Source: Truepera sp.
Lineage (GTDB): Bacteria > Deinococcota > Deinococci > Deinococcales > Trueperaceae
NCBI GenBank assembly: GCA_965218435.1
Contig: CBDCKW010000009.1
Location: 3,136,001 to 3,200,000, forward strand
Length of the DNA stretch: 64,000 nt
Direction: 5' to 3'
The translations under genes and the position numbers were made by a program. Shown here piece after piece: positions 1 through 10,532 of the stretch (its first letter is position 1; the number at the start of each line of letters is the position of its first letter). The notes under the pieces were generated by a model. That model did no database searches. It was not told the origin of the DNA and was given only the letters and a program-made list of their open reading frames with translations.

Positions 1-454
1 CAATGGCCCGTTTGAGCTGCTCGCCGGTCTCAGTCAGCTGTTGGTTACTTGTCTCGGCCTCTTTGCGGCTGGTAATGTCGTTCTGCACGCCGAAAAAATA
101 ACGAAGCTCATCACCCCGGTAGATCGGATTGAGATACAGCTCGTTCCAAAACATGGTGCCGTCTTTGCGGTAGTTACGCAGTTCGACACAGGCAAATTCG
201 CCTTGCGAAATCGCCTCGCGCAACCTGTGAACGCCCGGTTGGTCGTGGTCTTCAGCCTGTAAAAAACGGCAGTTCCGGCCGAGTACCTCTGCGCGGGTAT
301 AACCGGTCAGAGCCTCGAACCCTTTGTTGACAAAAATGATGGGATTGTCAGATGAGGCGGGATCGGTGATAACAATGACGTTGTTGATTGCGTCAACCGC
401 TTCACGTAACAGCTTGAGCTCTTCATGTTCGCCAAGCGGCGCTATTTTGCTCAC
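1..454 (-). CDS. LOV (PAS) domain blue-light sensor protein, 3' part runs off the window
   Basis: Not in the ORF track. Manual translation from GTG at 454 (GGAGG upstream) gives ...IVITDPASSDNPIIFVNKGFEALTGYTRAEVLGRNCRFLQ...NYRKDGTMFWNEL...GVQNDIT; the canonical GRNCRFLQ is at 257-280. Confidence 0.93.
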   Translation of the reverse strand, partial: MSKIAPLGEHEELKLLREAVDAINNVIVITDPASSDNPIIFVNKGFEALTGYTRAEVLGRNCRFLQAEDHDQPGVHRLREAISQGEFACVELRNYRKDGTMFWNELYLNPIYRGDELRYFFGVQNDITSRKEAETSNQQLTETGEQLKRAI

Positions 455-684
455 TGACCCTCCGAAGGTAGCATAAATGCGGATAGGCTTACAAAAATAG
501 ACACGAGAGTCACGTCGTTTTAGAGCAGCTGTACCAAGCAAGTTAGCAGTAATCTGTACACAGCTGCAAGACAGGTATAAAACTGATGGGAATTGCTGGA
601 GACTCGAGCAAGTACACTGCCCCATAACCATAGGGACTGCCGAACAAATACCGTTGCAGTTTAGGCGTCTTAAGGATCGGTTTT

Positions 685-2274
685 TTAGTTAAGAGGTGGG
701 GTGGCCCGACTCGAAACGCGCCGCCGTACCAGGGCGGCGAGCGGAACGTAAAGCGCCAACCCCAGAACGAGCAGGTCACCGAAACGGACATACGGGGTGA
801 GGCCACGCCGCGCCCCGTAATGCACCGTTAGTGCGCCGCGTTCACCCCGCGGCAATTCCGCCTCAACCTGACCGAGTGGGTTGACGAGCGCGGTAATACC
901 GTCATTCCCGTCACGCAGGAGGTAGCGGCGCGTCTCGATGGCCCGGAGGTTCCCCATTGAAAAGTGTTGCCGCGCTCCCTGACCAAACCCAAACCAAGCA
1001 TCGTTTGAAATATTGACCAAAACCTGTGCGCCCCGCGCCGTCATGGTGCGCGCAATTTGCGGGAAAACCGATTCGTAGCAGATATAGGCGGCGACCGAAG
1101 TCCCGGCAATACTGAGCGGTGCAATTGCCTGACCGGGCGGGCGGCTCTGCAAGAGCGGATAGCCGAACCAACCGAAAATCGTGCGGTAGATGGGCTCGAG
1201 CGGCCCAATCAGGGGAAAATACTCACCGAAGGGCACGAGATACACCTTGTCGTAGCGTCCGGTCACTTGCGCGTTCTCGAGCCCGAACACACTGTTCGAG
1301 GAGCTAAAAACTTCGCGGTCATCTATCGCCCCGCCCCCGGTGATGACCGGTTGCCCCCCGGCACTCTGCTGAATCTGCTCACGGTCGGGTGCAGCGTAAG
1401 GGCTCGTCAGGTCATAACCGTAATAAAGCAGGCCGAGCGCCACTCCCTCCGGCCACACTACGACGTTGACCGGCGTAGCCTCCTCTTGTAACGCTTTGTG
1501 TGTTAGGCGGCGGTAGAGCCCCAATTCACCGCCGGGGTCAGTCACACGGGCAAAAGGGTCCGTACTCCCCTGCACCAGCACCGCCGTTTTCGGAACCGCA
1601 AGCGTCACCGTCTGCACTCTGAAAATCCCGTAGCCCAACCACGACGCGGCGAGGAGCAGCCCGAACGTCCACGCCAGCCGCTTTTTGGGACGAGACACCG
1701 GTACCGCTCTAAACGACTTAGACCTGGTAACCGCACGTTGAGGACGGTAGACGAGCGGCGAGACCAAGAGCGACAGCACCGAGAGCGTCAATAAACTGAG
1801 GCCGTAAACCCCAGCAAGGTCTGCAGCTTGCGATAAAGGCGTGCCGACCCAGACGTAGCCGAGCACGCCCCACGGAAACGCAAACGGCCCCTGCGTCCGC
1901 GCCCACTCCATCAGAACCCAGAGTGCAGGCAAGAGCCAGAGCGCCCCGACGCCGCGCCCGCCTAGAAGCCGCGCCGTCAACGTCACGAGTCCCCAAAACA
2001 CGCCTAGTACCGCGATCAGGGGTGGATAGAGCAACCAGAAAAAGCCGCCCGAGTAGGGCGCGAAGCTTTCGGGCAACCATAAAAGGTAGAGCGCAAAAAA
2101 GCCCAGGCCGAAAAAGAATCCCGGCCAGAAGGCGGCGCGGGCGCTCAGGCTGTTGACGCTCAGAAGGATAAGCGGGACGAGAGCGAGGACCAGCAGCCAC
2201 AGCTCGACTGGAGGAAAAGCTAGACTTAAGAGCGCACCGCATAACAGAGCTAAGACCGCACGCGCAAAAAACAC
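685..2274 (-). CDS. lnt: Apolipoprotein N-acyltransferase
   Basis: Multi-TM N-terminus plus nitrilase-fold motifs VVWPE, YDKVYLVPFGEY, ICYESVFP, NISNDAWFG. Confidence 0.95.
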   Translation of the reverse strand: MFFARAVLALLCGALLSLAFPPVELWLLVLALVPLILLSVNSLSARAAFWPGFFFGLGFFALYLLWLPESFAPYSGGFFWLLYPPLIAVLGVFWGLVTLTARLLGGRGVGALWLLPALWVLMEWARTQGPFAFPWGVLGYVWVGTPLSQAADLAGVYGLSLLTLSVLSLLVSPLVYRPQRAVTRSKSFRAVPVSRPKKRLAWTFGLLLAASWLGYGIFRVQTVTLAVPKTAVLVQGSTDPFARVTDPGGELGLYRRLTHKALQEEATPVNVVVWPEGVALGLLYYGYDLTSPYAAPDREQIQQSAGGQPVITGGGAIDDREVFSSSNSVFGLENAQVTGRYDKVYLVPFGEYFPLIGPLEPIYRTIFGWFGYPLLQSRPPGQAIAPLSIAGTSVAAYICYESVFPQIARTMTARGAQVLVNISNDAWFGFGQGARQHFSMGNLRAIETRRYLLRDGNDGITALVNPLGQVEAELPRGERGALTVHYGARRGLTPYVRFGDLLVLGLALYVPLAALVRRRVSSRATPPLN

Positions 2275-2342
2275 AAAGGTTACCGTATCACGCGCCTATG
2301 TGAAGGGGCGGTCAAAAGCAGTTGGAAGCGGTTAGAAAACCC

Positions 2343-3461
2343 TTAAGAAGCACTTAGCAAAGACGCCAAGAGCGCCACCCGCTCTAAGGTCTCCCGCAGC
2401 CGGATGTGTTCATGCCGTGCGTGCGGCCCCGCCCCGACCGACCCGAGACCGTCCAGTGTCGGGATGCCAAGCGCCGAAGTAAAGTTGCCGTCCGACCCGC
2501 CGCCGACGACCGCGCCTTCGCCGGTAAAACCGAGCTGCTTGGTGCGCCCAAAAAGCTCGAGGTTTGCTCTAGTGGGCTCGAGGGGAGGCCGGTTCAGCCC
2601 GCCCAAAACTGAAACTTTAACCCGTTCGTCTTGGGGAACATAGCTCTTGACGGCCGCTTCAACACGTTCACCTTCGCTCAGCGTGAGTACCCGAAAGTCC
2701 AGCGTCGCAGTAGCCGTTTCTGCAATGACATTCCCGACGCTGCCACCGTGGGCAACGGTCAAGTTGACGCTTGTCCCGGCTCTAGCGTCGCTCAGAGCTT
2801 CGGCAAAAAGTAGAAAATGCGCCAACTCACGGAGTGCTGACGCGCCGAGTTCGGGGTTGTTGCCCGCATGGGCGCTCCGGCCCAAAAACGTCACCTGAAA
2901 GTCGCCGACGCCTTTACGCCCGACCTTGAGTGCGCCGTCGTCGCGCCCCGGCTCTAAGACAAATACCCGGTCGTGTTCTTTAGCGAGCGTTTCAATGAGC
3001 GCCCGCGAATGGCGGCTGCCCGCCTCTTCGTCCGCCGAGATCAGGAGCGTCACCGGGCCTACGAGCGCACCTTCGGCCTCGACCAGTGACACGGCCCCCA
3101 TCGCCCCCACAATGCCCGCTTTCATATCGAGCACGCCGGGGCCGTAAACCTCGTCCCCTTCGTGCTTAAAAGGCATTACGGCAAGCGTGCCGAGCGGCCA
3201 GACCGTATCGCAGTGCGTTAGCAGCAAGCTTTTTGGCCCCTGACCACCTTTTTTACGTGCGATGAGTGTGTCCCCAACCGTTTCACTCGGGTGCCTTTCA
3301 ACCGACCAACCGCGCAGGTTGAGGAGCGCCCACAAATGCGAGACGAGCTGATCAACGGCGCGTTTGTCAGTCGTGGGGGACTCGAGCCGAACCAGCGACT
3401 CCAAAGTCTCTAGGTAGGTGGACGTTGCGGCAAAAGCGGCGTCGGTCAGGGCCTGCGTCAT
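2343..3461 (-). CDS. M20 family metallopeptidase (glutamate carboxypeptidase-like)
   Basis: HCDTVWP, GPGVLDMKAG, DEEAGS, SAHAG, GGGSDGN, HARHEH. Confidence 0.9.
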   Translation of the reverse strand: MTQALTDAAFAATSTYLETLESLVRLESPTTDKRAVDQLVSHLWALLNLRGWSVERHPSETVGDTLIARKKGGQGPKSLLLTHCDTVWPLGTLAVMPFKHEGDEVYGPGVLDMKAGIVGAMGAVSLVEAEGALVGPVTLLISADEEAGSRHSRALIETLAKEHDRVFVLEPGRDDGALKVGRKGVGDFQVTFLGRSAHAGNNPELGASALRELAHFLLFAEALSDARAGTSVNLTVAHGGSVGNVIAETATATLDFRVLTLSEGERVEAAVKSYVPQDERVKVSVLGGLNRPPLEPTRANLELFGRTKQLGFTGEGAVVGGGSDGNFTSALGIPTLDGLGSVGAGPHARHEHIRLRETLERVALLASLLSAS

Positions 3462-3644
3462 GGCCTATGCTAACACCCGAGTCAGCTACTGAACGAACCT
3501 GCTGAGCCGGGAGCAGGCAGGTAGGCGCTTGCAATGTGCTACAGAGAAGTAGTCAGAATCCAGAAGACAGCATGGTCGCGGCACATTAAAAAAATAACGT
3601 TACTTAAACGTGTAAACTTGGAAACAGCAGAAGCAGAACTCGGC

Positions 3645-3992
3645 CTAAGGCGTTTCGTGCTTTTCCTCGGCCTGGTGGGGCTTTTCTTTAAGATAGCTCT
3701 CCCACAGGTTTTCGGCGAGAAGCCGTACCGTGGGGTCGCCGGTCGTGCGGGCGTAGGAGTAGCCGACGCGCAGGTCGTGTTGCGCCGCCCGGTCGCGTTT
3801 GTCTGAGGCGAGGCTGTAACGCGCCAAGTAGACGTGTGCTAAGAGAACGTCGCGTTGCCCCTGCGGTTTGACGGCGTGGAGGTCACGGAGCGCGTCGGCG
3901 TACGCACGAAGTGCGCCGCGCCGGTTGCCCGCTTCGGCAAGTTCGCGGCCGCGCCGAAGATGACCGCCTGCGTTGTAAAGAAGCTCGCGCAC
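3645..3992 (-). CDS. Hypothetical helical (TPR-like) protein
   Basis: 115 aa ORF with strong GGAGGAGG RBS before GTG. Confidence 0.6.
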   Translation of the reverse strand: MRELLYNAGGHLRRGRELAEAGNRRGALRAYADALRDLHAVKPQGQRDVLLAHVYLARYSLASDKRDRAAQHDLRVGYSYARTTGDPTVRLLAENLWESYLKEKPHQAEEKHETP

Positions 3993-4215
3993 CCTCCTCC
4001 TAACATCAACCGCGAGTATAACGCGCGCCGCTTACAAAACTGTTTTTTAGAGGCTTTGACAGCATTTTTGCCGATCTTTAGCCGAGCTGAGCCCTAGATC
4101 AGGCGTAGGTTCCCGCCTTACCTGGGTTCAGCGGTACCGTCAGCAACCCGACGTTTAAGCCTTTCAGATTTAAGCCTTTTAGAACGGAAAGGCTCGCAAA
4201 AAACGTGCCGGTAGC

Positions 4216-6438
4216 TCAAACCTTCCGTAAAAGGTTTGTCAGCGCGTCCGCCGGTACCGGGCGACCGAACAGATAGCCTTGCGCCTGCTTGCAGCCGTGA
4301 GTCCGCAAAAAATCCGCTTGGGCCGCTGTTTCTACGCCCTCGGCGACGACGCCTAGCTTCATGCTTTGGGCCATCGCCAAAATCGTTTTGACGATCACGA
4401 CGTCATTTTCGTTTTCAGGCACACCCGTCAGGAACGAACGGTCGATCTTGAGGGTGTGAAGCGGCAAACGCTTGAGATAACCGAGCGACGCGTAGCCGGT
4501 GCCGAAATCGTCGATAGAAAGTCCCAGACCCAGATTGTCAAGCGTTTGGAAGTGGGCGACGGTTTCGTCCGTCTCTTCGATAAACACGCTTTCGGTCAGC
4601 TCTAAGACGACACTCGCAGGGGGCAAGCCGAGGCGTCCCAGCGTCTCCCGAACGGTGCTGAGCAGCTGAGGCTGCAGCTGCCGCGCCGACACGTTGACCG
4701 CTACAAAAAGCTCGGTATGCCCCGCCTCGCGCCACTTTTTAAGCTGCGTCAACGCTTGTTCCAGCACCCAGGTTCCGAGGGTGACGATCAGCCCCGTTTG
4801 TTCAGCGACGGGGATAAAGGTGCCCGGCAAAACCAGGCCGCGTTCCGGCTGCTGCCAGCGTAACAGCGCCTCGACGCCGACGATTTTTTGGGTCTCGAGC
4901 GCGACGATAGGTTGATAATAGAGGCGCAGTTCTTGACGTGCTAACGCGCCCTCGAGGTCGCGTTCCAAACGCAGCCGTTCACGTTGGTCGGTGTCCATCT
5001 CCGCGTCGAAAACCGCGCTGCTACCCCGGCCCAAAGTCTTCGCACGCCTCAAGGCGGTGTCGGCGTTTCGCAAAAGCGCCTCGGGCCGAGCTTCTTCGGG
5101 GGAACTCAGGGCGATTCCGATGCTCGTGCCCAGCTGCGCCGCCTGGGGAAGCGTAACAGGGGGCGTGAAAGCCTGTTGGATGCGCTCGGCTACTCCAGCA
5201 GCGTCTGGCAACGTGCCGGGCGTTAAGAGCACGGTAAACTCGTCGCCCCCAAAACGCGCCACCGTATCGCCCGGACGAAGGCAGTGCTCGAGGCGGCGCG
5301 CCGCTTCGACGAGTACCGCGTCACCGGCGTCGTGCCCTAGACCGTCGTTAATCTCCTTGAAGCGGTCGAGGTCAATAAAGAGAACAGCTACCTGTGCGCC
5401 CCTTGCCGCCCCGTCTACGGCACGTTCCAAACGTTCCAAAAAGAGCGCCCGGTTGGGTAGACCGGTCAGCACATCGTGAAAGGCGATGTAGTGAAGGCGC
5501 TCGGTAGCCCGTTTGCGCTCAGTGACGAGCGCACCCAGTAAAATCCCCAGGTGAGTCAGGGTCAGCAGACCGAACTGCAAAGCGAAACCGCTGACACTCC
5601 TGAATTCGGGAAAAGTAAAGAGTGCAATGCAGATATTTATAAATAGGGTGGTCGCAGTTGCCCAGCCAAAGCCGTACCAACCTGCAATAAACAGCACGGG
5701 AACAAACGTGACGTAAGAATGGTCTAACGTCAGGGTTTGAGGAACCGCGTAGGCGATAAAAGCAGTTAGAGCGAGGAGACCGGCGAAAAGAAAGATTCTC
5801 CACGCTTCTTTAGCGTCGGGCCAACGCCAAACTGCCTTTTGCACGCCGTTCGTTTTTGACGTTACCCAAGGGGTGTAGCGCAGCATAACGAGACAAAAAG
5901 GAGCGAGCGCGCCAATTCCAGTAGCGTCCCCGGCGGCGTACTGCAACATAAGCGTAAACCATTCTGACCAGTTGATAAGACCGAAAAGCGCGAAGTTTGT
6001 GATACTAGTCAGGCTGGCGGCGAGCGGCGCTAAAAAGGCTCCGAAGAGCATCAACCAGGCCACGTCACGAAGGTGATGGAGGTGCGGATCAACCTGCAAG
6101 CGCCTTAAAACCAGCACAGTCCCGCCGTAAACGAGCGAATAGCTCAGCGCGTTGACAAGTGAAGAGAGTAGCGGATGCGAGGCGTCATTGACAAGCTGTA
6201 CGAGCAAGACCGCAGCAAAGACGAGCGGAAGCTTTTTAAGGCCGAAGGCAAAGAGCAGCACGAAGGTCAGGGCGGCGGGCAGGTACCAAACAGAAATACC
6301 CGATCCGACATCAAACATTAGAGAAACCGTGTCTAGCAAAAGGTAGCTGAGAAGATAAAGAACGACCGTGAGAGAGGCGCGTACAAGGCGTGGCAAAGAC
6401 CACCAGCCCGACGCAACCCGAAACAAAACGGCGCTCAC
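4216..6438 (-). CDS. MASE1-GGDEF-EAL diguanylate cyclase/phosphodiesterase
   Basis: Hydrophobic N-terminus, HDVLTGLPNR, RPGD I-site, RFGGDEF, EALLRW, DDFGTGYASL. Confidence 0.93.
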   Translation of the reverse strand: MSAVLFRVASGWWSLPRLVRASLTVVLYLLSYLLLDTVSLMFDVGSGISVWYLPAALTFVLLFAFGLKKLPLVFAAVLLVQLVNDASHPLLSSLVNALSYSLVYGGTVLVLRRLQVDPHLHHLRDVAWLMLFGAFLAPLAASLTSITNFALFGLINWSEWFTLMLQYAAGDATGIGALAPFCLVMLRYTPWVTSKTNGVQKAVWRWPDAKEAWRIFLFAGLLALTAFIAYAVPQTLTLDHSYVTFVPVLFIAGWYGFGWATATTLFINICIALFTFPEFRSVSGFALQFGLLTLTHLGILLGALVTERKRATERLHYIAFHDVLTGLPNRALFLERLERAVDGAARGAQVAVLFIDLDRFKEINDGLGHDAGDAVLVEAARRLEHCLRPGDTVARFGGDEFTVLLTPGTLPDAAGVAERIQQAFTPPVTLPQAAQLGTSIGIALSSPEEARPEALLRNADTALRRAKTLGRGSSAVFDAEMDTDQRERLRLERDLEGALARQELRLYYQPIVALETQKIVGVEALLRWQQPERGLVLPGTFIPVAEQTGLIVTLGTWVLEQALTQLKKWREAGHTELFVAVNVSARQLQPQLLSTVRETLGRLGLPPASVVLELTESVFIEETDETVAHFQTLDNLGLGLSIDDFGTGYASLGYLKRLPLHTLKIDRSFLTGVPENENDVVIVKTILAMAQSMKLGVVAEGVETAAQADFLRTHGCKQAQGYLFGRPVPADALTNLLRKV

Positions 6439-6873
6439 ACTTTCTGCGTTCTGATGCTTAACGTCAAAAGCTCGTAGCTTCGTAAGTCGTTTGAGCTACG
6501 TTTCCACCAAGCCCCGCCCACTCTTGTCCCCCTGGGTCGAAGTCACGAAAAGGGTTTTGACCCGTGAACGCGACGATATTGTTGTATGACTTTAACTCAA
6601 AAAAAGCTTAGGAGTTCTTCATACGGTTTTTAACACAGTTCTTAAACCGGGGCAGCGCATTAAAAGGTTGTAGGTTCCCAGCGGGGCTCGAGCCTTCACT
6701 CAGACAGTTACGATCGGGTAGTTACGACCAGGCAGTTTGAAGTGATACGTCATCTTAAAATGAGTGCTGGACGAGCTTTCGGCTACAGAGCGGAGTCGAG
6801 GGGAGGCTGGCCGCGCTAGGGTGCCTGTAGCCGAGTTAAGCAGGTACGTCTTTTAATCGCCTAAGCTGAGTTT

Positions 6874-7107
6874 ATGGGAATGCTCGAGCTAGGCAAAACG
6901 CGGCGGCAAAAATGGCGAATCGTCTGGCTGCTCGCCCTTTTACAAGTCGCCGCTATCGCCCTCATTATCGGTATCTTTTTGGTCGTACGGAGCGCGCAGC
7001 TGCCGCCCGTGTGGGCTGTTTTACTGATCATCGCGACCGTCACCTGGCTGTTTACCTTTGTGCTGCTGTTCGTCAATATCGCGTACTTTTTTCTTAAACG
7101 GGACTAG
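6874..7107 (+). CDS. Small two-TM membrane protein
   Basis: 77 aa with two hydrophobic segments, co-oriented with downstream genes. Confidence 0.55.
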   Translation: MGMLELGKTRRQKWRIVWLLALLQVAAIALIIGIFLVVRSAQLPPVWAVLLIIATVTWLFTFVLLFVNIAYFFLKRD

Positions 7108-7164
7108 CATCTCGTCGGATTTCTACGGCTGGCTTTATTTACCCGGATTAGGCTAGGCTAGATT

Positions 7165-7857
7165 GTGTTAAGTGACCTCGAGCTTCTTACCTTGCAGACC
7201 GAAACGCTCTTTGTGCAAAACGAGGCGAAACGGCTTTTGTACACGAACGAGCCAGATAAACCCGAAGCGCCACGGTTCTTTCTGGGCCGGACAAACCAAG
7301 GCGTCATCTGCCGGTTTCGTGATGATGTACCAGAAAAACTTTGCCAAGAGTTAGCAGAGCTGGCTGGAGAAACTGAAGTTTGGAGGCTTGATGAGCCCGG
7401 TGACTTGGGGCCCTTTCAAACTGTCTTGCGTCAGCATGGACCCATTCAAAGCATAGAGTCGGGACCGGCGTACCGGTTTCCAGGCACAGTTCAACCCTCA
7501 CCCGGCGTTGTAACCGTCAACGAAACCAACGCCGACCTTTTGGACGCAGAGTTTGCCGAGTGGAAGGCCGATTTGAAGTTTATACAACCCTGCGTTGCAG
7601 TAATCCAGGAAAATCATGCGGTGTCCTTGTGTTGCAGCTCGAGAACCTCGCCTTACGCGGCTGAAGCGGGGCTCGAGACTATTCCCGCAGCTCGAGGCAG
7701 AGGCTACGCCGTGCAGGTTGTCAGAGCTTGGGCCGCAGAGGTGGCTAAAACCGGGCGCGTCCCGCTTTACAGCACGTCTTGGGAGAATAGGGCGTCGAGG
7801 GCAGTCGCCAAAAAGCTAGGGCTTATTATTTACGCGACCGACCTGCACTTTACCTAA
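7165..7857 (+). CDS. GNAT family acetyltransferase
   Basis: ETIPAARGRGYA acetyl-CoA motif; NRASRAVAKKLG. Confidence 0.85.
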   Translation: MLSDLELLTLQTETLFVQNEAKRLLYTNEPDKPEAPRFFLGRTNQGVICRFRDDVPEKLCQELAELAGETEVWRLDEPGDLGPFQTVLRQHGPIQSIESGPAYRFPGTVQPSPGVVTVNETNADLLDAEFAEWKADLKFIQPCVAVIQENHAVSLCCSSRTSPYAAEAGLETIPAARGRGYAVQVVRAWAAEVAKTGRVPLYSTSWENRASRAVAKKLGLIIYATDLHFT

Positions 7858-7895
7858 ACATCTAACCCAAGACCGCGCGACTTACACTTGTTTGG

Positions 7896-8564
7896 ATGAA
7901 AGCTTTGCGAAAACATCGCCCCCACCTGAGCGTTTCCCTGCTCCTCTACTGGGGCGTCCTCTTAGGTGCGCTCTGGGTGTTTGGGGAACTCGCCGGTGAG
8001 GTTTACGAAAAAGAAGGCTTTTTCTTCGACGCACCGATTTTAGCTTGGTTCGCTCATCATCAAGTTTCTTGGGCGGTCAAGGCGTCACAAATTCTCTATC
8101 TTTGGGGGTCGCCGCAAGCGTTGGGCGTCACGACCGCCGTGCTGATGCTCATACTTTGGCTTGGGCTGCGCAACCCTCGAGCCTCCCTCTTTTTAGCTCT
8201 CAGCTTGGGTGGGGCCATGCTCTTAAACGTCTTGTTCAAGCTCTTTTTTGCTAGGGCGCGGCCTGCTTTGTCCGAGCAGCTCACCCCGGCCCCCGGCTAC
8301 TCGTTTCCGAGCGGGCACGCGATGGGAAGTATGGCGTTCTTTTTGGCGCTGTATCTGCTGGTCGCGCAGCTCGCTCCGCGTTGGCGCACTCTAGCTGGCG
8401 TGCTCGCCGCATTTTTTACGCTCTGCATCGGGGTCTCGAGGCTCATTTTACAAGTTCACTATCCGTCCGATGTGCTGGCAGGGTGGGCGCTTTCGGCAGC
8501 GTGGGTGTTAGGCGTCAACCTCATCTATACGCGGACTCGCCGTAAAACGAGTTCAGCGGCGTAA
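7896..8564 (+). CDS. PAP2 family phosphatase (undecaprenyl-PP phosphatase-like)
   Basis: KLFFARARP, SFPSGH, SRLILQVHYPSDV. Confidence 0.92.
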   Translation: MKALRKHRPHLSVSLLLYWGVLLGALWVFGELAGEVYEKEGFFFDAPILAWFAHHQVSWAVKASQILYLWGSPQALGVTTAVLMLILWLGLRNPRASLFLALSLGGAMLLNVLFKLFFARARPALSEQLTPAPGYSFPSGHAMGSMAFFLALYLLVAQLAPRWRTLAGVLAAFFTLCIGVSRLILQVHYPSDVLAGWALSAAWVLGVNLIYTRTRRKTSSAA

Positions 8565-8609
8565 AAAACGCTCAGAGGGGGCATGATTGCGTTATGATAG
8601 GCCGTTTTT

Positions 8610-9941
8610 ATGGTGGCTTCTCTTAAAACTCTCCTGAACCGGCCCAGCAGCGCAGGGCGCGGCGCGGTCTTTACCTTCGGCCTCAGAATCGTCTCGACCG
8701 GCCTGACGTTTGCGACAGCGACGATTTTGGCGCGGCTATTAGGGGCAAAGGGTTACGGTACTTACGCGCTGGCGCTCGAGTGGCTCACCTTTTTAACCGT
8801 CCCGACAGCCCTCGGGATGGACCGTTTTATGGTACGGGAAATCTCAATTTTCCGGGCGCAGGAAAAATGGGACAAGCTATACGGCTTTTTACGGTGGGGC
8901 AACCTCGCTGTGCTGACTTTCTCACTCATCGTGGCCGGAGTCGGTGCGCTCATCGTGACCTATACCGTCCGCGACCGGGACGCGCTGCGCCTGAGTTTGT
9001 ATCTCATCCTTGCGGCGTTGCCGCTGATGTCTTTGACAACGCTGCGGCAGGCCGCCATGCGCGGCTTTGACCATATCGTCGGCGGACAGTGGCCCGAACT
9101 CGTTTTACGGCCTCTGCTGATCGTTGCCCTCAGCGTATCCGCGTGGATTTTGCTGCCCCGGTTTTCGGTACAGTTCTCTGCGCCGTGGGCGGTTGGCGCA
9201 CTTTGCACCGCGACGCTCGTCGCGTTTTCAGTAGGTGCATATCTGCTCACCCGCGTTTTGCGGGACGCTCCGGCTGCCACGCCAAGCTATGAGCGGTCGT
9301 GGCTTAAGACGGCCTTACCCTTTATGCTTATCAGCGGGATGTATGTGCTGAACGCGCGTACCAGCATTTTGATGCTGGGCGCACTCGGCACACCGACGGA
9401 CGCCGGACTTTATCAGTTCGCCTCACGAGGGGCCGACTTTATTGCGATGGTGCTTTTGGCCGTCAACACCGCCTTCGCGCCGCTTTTGGCGCGGCTCTAT
9501 GCCCAGGGCAAACAGCGGCAGCTCGAGTCCGCCGTCGCCCGGAGTACCCGGACCATTACGCTGGTCTCGCTACCTATCGCGCTCTGCTTTATCTTTTTCG
9601 GTGGACTATTTCTAGCTATTCCCGGCCCTGAGTTTGCCGGAGCCAGGGCCACCCTGACAATTCTCAGCATCGGTCAACTGATCAACGCCGCGACCGGCAC
9701 CGTCGCTATGCTCCTAAACATGACTGGACACGAACGCGATACGGCGCTCGTCGTCGGGATGAGCGCCGTTGCCAACATCGCCTTAAACCTGCTCCTCATC
9801 CCAAGGTTGGGGCTCGAGGGTGCCGCCATCGCCACCGCGCTCGGAACGCTCGCTTGGAACGTGCTGCTCTCATATTTTGTCTACAAACGGCTCGGCTTTT
9901 ACTCGGTTTTGGGGCTTTACACCCTGCGCAAACGCAGCTAG
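8610..9941 (+). CDS. Wzx-like oligosaccharide flippase
   Basis: Polytopic membrane protein; ARLLGAKGYGTY and LNLLLIPRLGLEGAAIAT are typical of MOP flippases. Confidence 0.88.
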   Translation: MVASLKTLLNRPSSAGRGAVFTFGLRIVSTGLTFATATILARLLGAKGYGTYALALEWLTFLTVPTALGMDRFMVREISIFRAQEKWDKLYGFLRWGNLAVLTFSLIVAGVGALIVTYTVRDRDALRLSLYLILAALPLMSLTTLRQAAMRGFDHIVGGQWPELVLRPLLIVALSVSAWILLPRFSVQFSAPWAVGALCTATLVAFSVGAYLLTRVLRDAPAATPSYERSWLKTALPFMLISGMYVLNARTSILMLGALGTPTDAGLYQFASRGADFIAMVLLAVNTAFAPLLARLYAQGKQRQLESAVARSTRTITLVSLPIALCFIFFGGLFLAIPGPEFAGARATLTILSIGQLINAATGTVAMLLNMTGHERDTALVVGMSAVANIALNLLLIPRLGLEGAAIATALGTLAWNVLLSYFVYKRLGFYSVLGLYTLRKRS

Positions 9942-9977
9942 CGCCGGGTAGTAGGTATAGTTATAGTACAGGGCCTT

Positions 9978-10532
9978 ATGTTGACCCAGAGACTTATCTT
10001 AAAAAGACCTACTGAAGCCGACATTGACGCTATCTTTGAGCTTCACAGCGACCCCAGAACGAACACGCACAATCCTGCCGGACCCATGCAGACTCGCGCC
10101 GCTGCTGCCGAACTTTTTAAGACGTGGGACGCGAGCTGGCTCGAGCACGGTTACGGCTACTGGACAGTTACTCTGCTAAGCGAGCCCAAAACTGTCATCG
10201 GCTTTGGCGGCGTGATGAAAAAGTCCATTGCGCCGGACTTATACGGCAACAACCTATATTTCAGATTTAGGCCCGAAGTTTGGGGGCGAGGCTACGCGGG
10301 TGAGATGGTCAGTGCAGCGTTAGCGCATACCTTTGACAAAATGGGGCAAGAACGCGTATTCGGTAGCACAAGGGTTTCTAACATTTCGTCACGTAAAACC
10401 CTCGAGCGTGCTAGTTTCAAACTTATCGGTACAGTTGAGGATGTACCAGACCGAGAACCGAGTGTGCTTTACAGGCTCGAGCGTAGTGCGTTCAAAACGA
10501 AAAACCAAGAAAGCCGCACATCATGCCGCTGA
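9978..10532 (+). CDS. GNAT acetyltransferase, RimJ/RimL type
   Basis: TQRLILKRP, WGRGYAGE, NISSRKTLER. Confidence 0.85.
   Translation: MLTQRLILKRPTEADIDAIFELHSDPRTNTHNPAGPMQTRAAAAELFKTWDASWLEHGYGYWTVTLLSEPKTVIGFGGVMKKSIAPDLYGNNLYFRFRPEVWGRGYAGEMVSAALAHTFDKMGQERVFGSTRVSNISSRKTLERASFKLIGTVEDVPDREPSVLYRLERSAFKTKNQESRTSCR

Noticed and set aside
41..262. Plus-strand 73 aa ORF and the many other short overlapping ORFs in the track
   Set aside because: These are antisense or off-frame shadows of well-supported genes (here the LOV gene), as expected in GC-rich DNA.
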